DNA of 32,000 nt from Desulfobulbus propionicus DSM 2032 (GTDB lineage Bacteria > Desulfobacterota > Desulfobulbia > Desulfobulbales > Desulfobulbaceae), in the NCBI RefSeq assembly GCF_000186885.1, contig NC_014972.1:3000001-3032000 (forward strand), in the 5' to 3' direction. Numbering within the stretch: position 1 is the stretch's first letter; the number at the start of each line of letters is the position of its first letter. Below, in pieces: positions 29,049-32,000 of the stretch. Both the position numbers and the translations under genes were made by a program. The notes beneath the pieces are model-generated. The model had not been told where the DNA came from. It ran no database searches and worked only from the letters and a program-made list of their open reading frames with translations.

Positions 29049-29327
29049 TCAGCGCACGGGGTCATAGCCACCGCGGGAAAAGGGATGGCAGCGCAGTATT
29101 CGCCATATAGCCATCAAGGTTCCGCGGAAAACGCCATGTTTCCTGACCGCTTCAATGGCATATTGGGAGCAAGAAGGAATGAATCGACAGACAGGGGGAA
29201 ACAAGGGGGAGAGAAGAAGTTGATAGCCTCTGAACAAGGCAATCAAGCACATTGCAGGCGCTTTCCGCCATGATCGTCCAGACTTTCCTTCCGACGACGA
29301 GCTCGGATGGTGATCATCGAAGGCCAT
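29049..29327 (-). CDS. yidD: Membrane protein insertion efficiency factor YidD
   Basis: [52 protein letters not shown] at 29327 has AAGGAA upstream; an alternative ATG is at 29252. Confidence 0.88.
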   Translation of the reverse strand: MAFDDHHPSSSSEGKSGRSWRKAPAMCLIALFRGYQLLLSPLFPPVCRFIPSCSQYAIEAVRKHGVFRGTLMAIWRILRCHPFSRGGYDPVR

Positions 29328-29343
29328 GGAGCTGTTCCTTGTC

Positions 29344-29679
29344 TCAGCCGCAGAGCGTTCTTGCTATATCGGCCCGCAAAGCAGCAAAGCTGTCCAGGGA
29401 AAAATCCGGCCGAACAGCGATGACAACATCACAATGAGCCGGAAAGTCTCCGCGGTTAAGCCGAAACACTTCGCGCACTAACCGCTTAACCCTATTCCGC
29501 CGCACAGCATTTCCTGTTTTTCTCTGCACACTGATTCCCAGTCGGTTCCAGGGAAGTGTATTCGGCATGACGATCACGGTGAACCCGTTGCCGCGATGCC
29601 GCTGTCCAGACCGATAAACGCGTTGAAACTCTCCCGTTTTCCGCAGTAAGTGCGCCTTGGGAAGCGTGAAGCGATCCAA
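29344..29679 (-). CDS. rnpA: Ribonuclease P protein component
   Basis: The 111-aa basic protein has an RNR-like motif ([15 protein letters not shown]). It uses a TTG start 6 nt after the rpmH stop. Confidence 0.9.
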   Translation of the reverse strand: MDRFTLPKAHLLRKTGEFQRVYRSGQRHRGNGFTVIVMPNTLPWNRLGISVQRKTGNAVRRNRVKRLVREVFRLNRGDFPAHCDVVIAVRPDFSLDSFAALRADIARTLCG

Positions 29680-29684
29680 GGGGG

Positions 29685-29822
29685 TTAAGCGGCCAGCCGT
29701 TTCCGTCCTTTTGCTCTCCGACGTTGAATGACGGCCCGACCGGAATGCGTCTTCATGCGAACAAGAAATCCATGGGTCCGGGCACGCTTGGTATTGCTTG
29801 GTTGAAAGGTTCTTTTACTCAT
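29685..29822 (-). CDS. rpmH: 50S ribosomal protein L34
   Basis: Not in the ORF track (45 aa). Hand translation of the minus strand gives [45 protein letters not shown], stop TAA. AAGGA SD is present. Confidence 0.93.
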   Translation of the reverse strand: MSKRTFQPSNTKRARTHGFLVRMKTHSGRAVIQRRRAKGRKRLAA

Positions 29823-30007
29823 GATCCTATCCTTTGTTGCAGATAACTTGATGAATTCTTCACGATATGGGGCAACCGGAGGTTACCGCTCCATTTCCTG
29901 TCCTCGCCCATCCGCTGGCGCAAGCGGTTCGTTAAGCCCGACCGAAGCAACGGACGACGAAAAGAGCAAGCGACCCAATGTCGTCAAATCACTTTTCAAA
30001 AGAGTTT

Positions 30008-30037
30008 ATTTTAATCATAGAGGACAATTTATGTCAA
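30008..30037 (-). promoter_or_regulatory. Candidate sigma-70 promoter for rpmH-rnpA-yidD-yidC...
   Basis: Minus strand reads TTGACA (30037..30032), an 18-nt spacer, then TAAAAT (30013..30008), inside the AT-rich core of the intergenic region. It implies a leader of about 180 nt. Confidence 0.4.
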
Positions 30038-30154
30038 ATTATTTCCCCCAAGGCCAAGGATATAATCGGTCGGTCATTCGACTGTCCTTTCCGCGACGGA
30101 GCATAACTCTCGTTGCGACCGTGGATACGCGTCACGGGATGCGCCCCATCAAGG

Positions 30155-30182
30155 TTGCAAATATCATCTCACACCGTATAAT
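30155..30182 (+). promoter_or_regulatory. Candidate sigma-70 promoter for mnmG
   Basis: TTGCAA (30155..30160), a 16-nt spacer, then the consensus TATAAT (30177..30182). It lies about 95 nt upstream of the mnmG ATG. Confidence 0.55.
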
Positions 30183-30276
30183 GCTTGATTTTCATGCGCC
30201 TCGCACTTGGTCGGAGAGATCTATTTTGAGCGACCATACCGTGTGGCACCGACGATGCAACCAGTAAACGACAATC

Positions 30277-32000
30277 ATGATTGACTTTGATATCGCCGTA
30301 ATAGGGGCAGGACACGCAGGATGCGAAGCCGCACTCGCCGCCGCCCGCATGGGATGCAGCACCCTGGTGTGCGTCATTAACGCAGACACCATCGGGGCCA
30401 TGTCCTGCAACCCGGCCATCGGTGGACTGGCCAAGGGGCATTTGGTCAAGGAGATCGATGCATTGGGCGGTGAAATGGCAAAGAATATAGATGCCACGGG
30501 CATCCAATTCCGCCGGCTGAACACCAGCAAGGGGCCAGCGGTCCGCTCGTCCAGAGCCCAGGCCGACCGCCTCCTCTACCGGTTGCGCATGAAACACATT
30601 CTCGAAAATCAGCCAAATTTAGCCATTCGTCAAGCTGTGGTCGACGAAATCCTGATAGAAAACGGCCGAGTTGTCGGGTTACGTACCTCGTTGGACGAAT
30701 GTGTGCGCGTCAGAGCGATCGTGGTCGCCACCGGTACTTTTCTCAATGGCCTTATCCATGTGGGCCTGAAAAACTTTCCCGCCGGCCGCATGGGCGATGC
30801 GCCCTCGACGAAACTGGCCCAGTGGTTCGCCTCCACAGGCTTCACGGTTGGTCGCATGAAAACCGGGACAGTTCCCCGACTGGACGGCAACAGTATCGAC
30901 TACTCCCAGCTTGTTGCCCAGTATTCCGATGAGCAGCCCGCGCTGTTTTCCTTTTCTTCCCACGGAGCGCCGCCCCTTGTCCAGAGGCCCTGCTACATCA
31001 CCTACACCAACGAACGCACCCACGACATCATTCGCCAGTCCATCCACCAATCACCGATGTATGCCGGAATCATCGAGGGAGTGGGCGCGAGATACTGTCC
31101 GTCGATCGAGGACAAGGTGATGCGCTTTCCCGAAAAAGTCCGCCATCAGATTTTCCTCGAACCCGAAGGACTCGAAACCATCGAAGTGTACCCCAACGGC
31201 ATCCCCACCAGCCTGCCGCTGGCCACCCAAATCGAGATGGTGCACTCCATTCAAGGGCTGGAGCATGCCCGTATCATCCGTCCCGGGTACGCCATCGAAT
31301 ACGATTATGTTGATCCGCGGGAGCTCAAGCCTTCACTGGAAACCAAGAAAATTGTCGGCCTTTTTCTTGCGGGGCAGATTAACGGCACTTCGGGATACGA
31401 GGAGGCTGCCGGCCAAGGCCTGATGGCGGCAATCAACAGTGTGCAGTATGTGCGTGGCGAGGAACCGGTAATCCTCGACCGATCCCAAGCCTATCTGGGG
31501 GTCCTGATTGATGACCTGGTGACCCTCGGCACCAAGGAGCCCTATCGGCTGTTCACTTCCCGCGCGGAGTACCGGCTGCTCCTGCGCGAGGATAACGCTG
31601 ACATGCGGTTGCGACCTATCGGCCATCGCATCGGCCTAGTGGATGAACCGACCTGGCACGAATTCGTCCACAAGAAAGAATATATCAGCCGGGTGCTGCA
31701 CTACTTGCATGAAACCAGAATCAAACCCGTGCCAGGAATCAATGCCTTTCTCGCCGCCCACAATGCGCCGGCCCTCTCCCAGGCCATGACGCTGGCGGAA
31801 CTGCTCCGCCGGCCAGAGATCAGACTGCACATGCTTGCCCAAATGAGCCGGGCAGTCGACAGCCTTCCGCCCTTTCCGGAAGAAGCGCTTGCCTTCCACG
31901 ACGAGATCGAACTGCAGATCAAGTACGAAGGCTATATCAAAAGGCAGGAAGAGCAAATTTCCCGCTTTAAAAAGCTGGAAAGCATCGAACTGCCGCCCGG
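30277..32000 (+). CDS. mnmG: tRNA uridine 5-carboxymethylaminomethyl modification enzyme MnmG (GidA), 3'-truncated by the window end
   Basis: Not in the ORF track because it is open-ended. Hand translation from the ATG at 30277 gives [98 protein letters not shown]..., the FAD-binding GidA signature. The frame stays open to 32000. Confidence 0.95.
   Translation, partial: MIDFDIAVIGAGHAGCEAALAAARMGCSTLVCVINADTIGAMSCNPAIGGLAKGHLVKEIDALGGEMAKNIDATGIQFRRLNTSKGPAVRSSRAQADRLLYRLRMKHILENQPNLAIRQAVVDEILIENGRVVGLRTSLDECVRVRAIVVATGTFLNGLIHVGLKNFPAGRMGDAPSTKLAQWFASTGFTVGRMKTGTVPRLDGNSIDYSQLVAQYSDEQPALFSFSSHGAPPLVQRPCYITYTNERTHDIIRQSIHQSPMYAGIIEGVGARYCPSIEDKVMRFPEKVRHQIFLEPEGLETIEVYPNGIPTSLPLATQIEMVHSIQGLEHARIIRPGYAIEYDYVDPRELKPSLETKKIVGLFLAGQINGTSGYEEAAGQGLMAAINSVQYVRGEEPVILDRSQAYLGVLIDDLVTLGTKEPYRLFTSRAEYRLLLREDNADMRLRPIGHRIGLVDEPTWHEFVHKKEYISRVLHYLHETRIKPVPGINAFLAAHNAPALSQAMTLAELLRRPEIRLHMLAQMSRAVDSLPPFPEEALAFHDEIELQIKYEGYIKRQEEQISRFKKLESIELPP

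Noticed and set aside
29821-30267. A 148-aa plus-strand ORF fills the rpmH/mnmG spacer, including an internal 79-codon version from the ATG at 30031 with an AGAGGA SD.
   Set aside because: The sequence has no recognisable motif and has a random-looking, Arg/His/Ser-rich composition with many rare-looking codons (ATA, AGA, CGA). It overlaps both candidate promoters, including a consensus TATAAT inside it. I treat it as a non-coding spacer.
29823-30276. Calling this spacer oriC outright.
   Set aside because: Only two 7/9 matches to TTATCCACA/TGTGGATAA are present. There is no clustered DnaA-box array and no repeated AT-rich 13-mer-like units. It is kept only as a hypothesis to test with whole-genome skew data.

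Overview
This window looks like a core chromosomal segment from a moderately GC-rich, sulfate/sulfite-respiring, Desulfobacterota-like bacterium. That assignment is an inference from a bona fide DsrC (C-x10-C tail ...GACKMAGLPKPTGCV) and a sirC / hemX-like / hemA tetrapyrrole operon. I can support about 34 protein-coding genes, nearly all housekeeping. (1) 1-3.7 kb, minus strand: methyltransferase, sirC-like, CcsA/HemX-like and hemA, translationally coupled. (2) 3.8-5.2 kb, minus strand: a tiny secreted tri-Cys peptide gene, a TlpA-type thioredoxin and an orphan FlgC-like rod protein. (3) 5.4-8.0 kb, plus strand: SurA-like PPIase, RodZ and RecO. (4) 8.3-10.9 kb, plus strand: a GH17+GT2 fusion, NdvB-like beta-1,3-glucan synthase. 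(5) 10.9-15.1 kb, minus strand: a 1405-aa SNF2 helicase with a very long N-terminal extension, followed by PpiD. (6) dsrC as a monocistronic unit. (7) 17.8-20.65 kb, minus strand: an operon of 4-OT tautomerase, LigA, acylphosphatase and a Zn-ribbon protein. (8) galE and a stand-alone secreted Cache-like domain. (9) cmoA-cmoB plus an unknown SLOG-like protein. (10) The classical rpmH-rnpA-yidD-yidC-jag-mnmE cluster on the minus strand, facing mnmG on the plus strand (mnmG runs off the window) across a 454-bp intergenic region. rpmH (45 aa), mnmG (open-ended) and the first partial ORF are absent from the supplied ORF track and were found by reading the sequence. I saw no rRNA, tRNA, CRISPR array, transposase, integrase or obvious defence island. 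I found no clear multi-gene novel system. The candidates most worth a second look are the tri-Cys secreted peptide next to TlpA, the orphan FlgC-like gene with a sigma-54-type promoter, the giant SNF2 protein, the SLOG-like protein among four wobble-U34 tRNA-modification genes, and the rpmH/mnmG intergenic region. All family calls come from motif recognition by eye; no database search was run.
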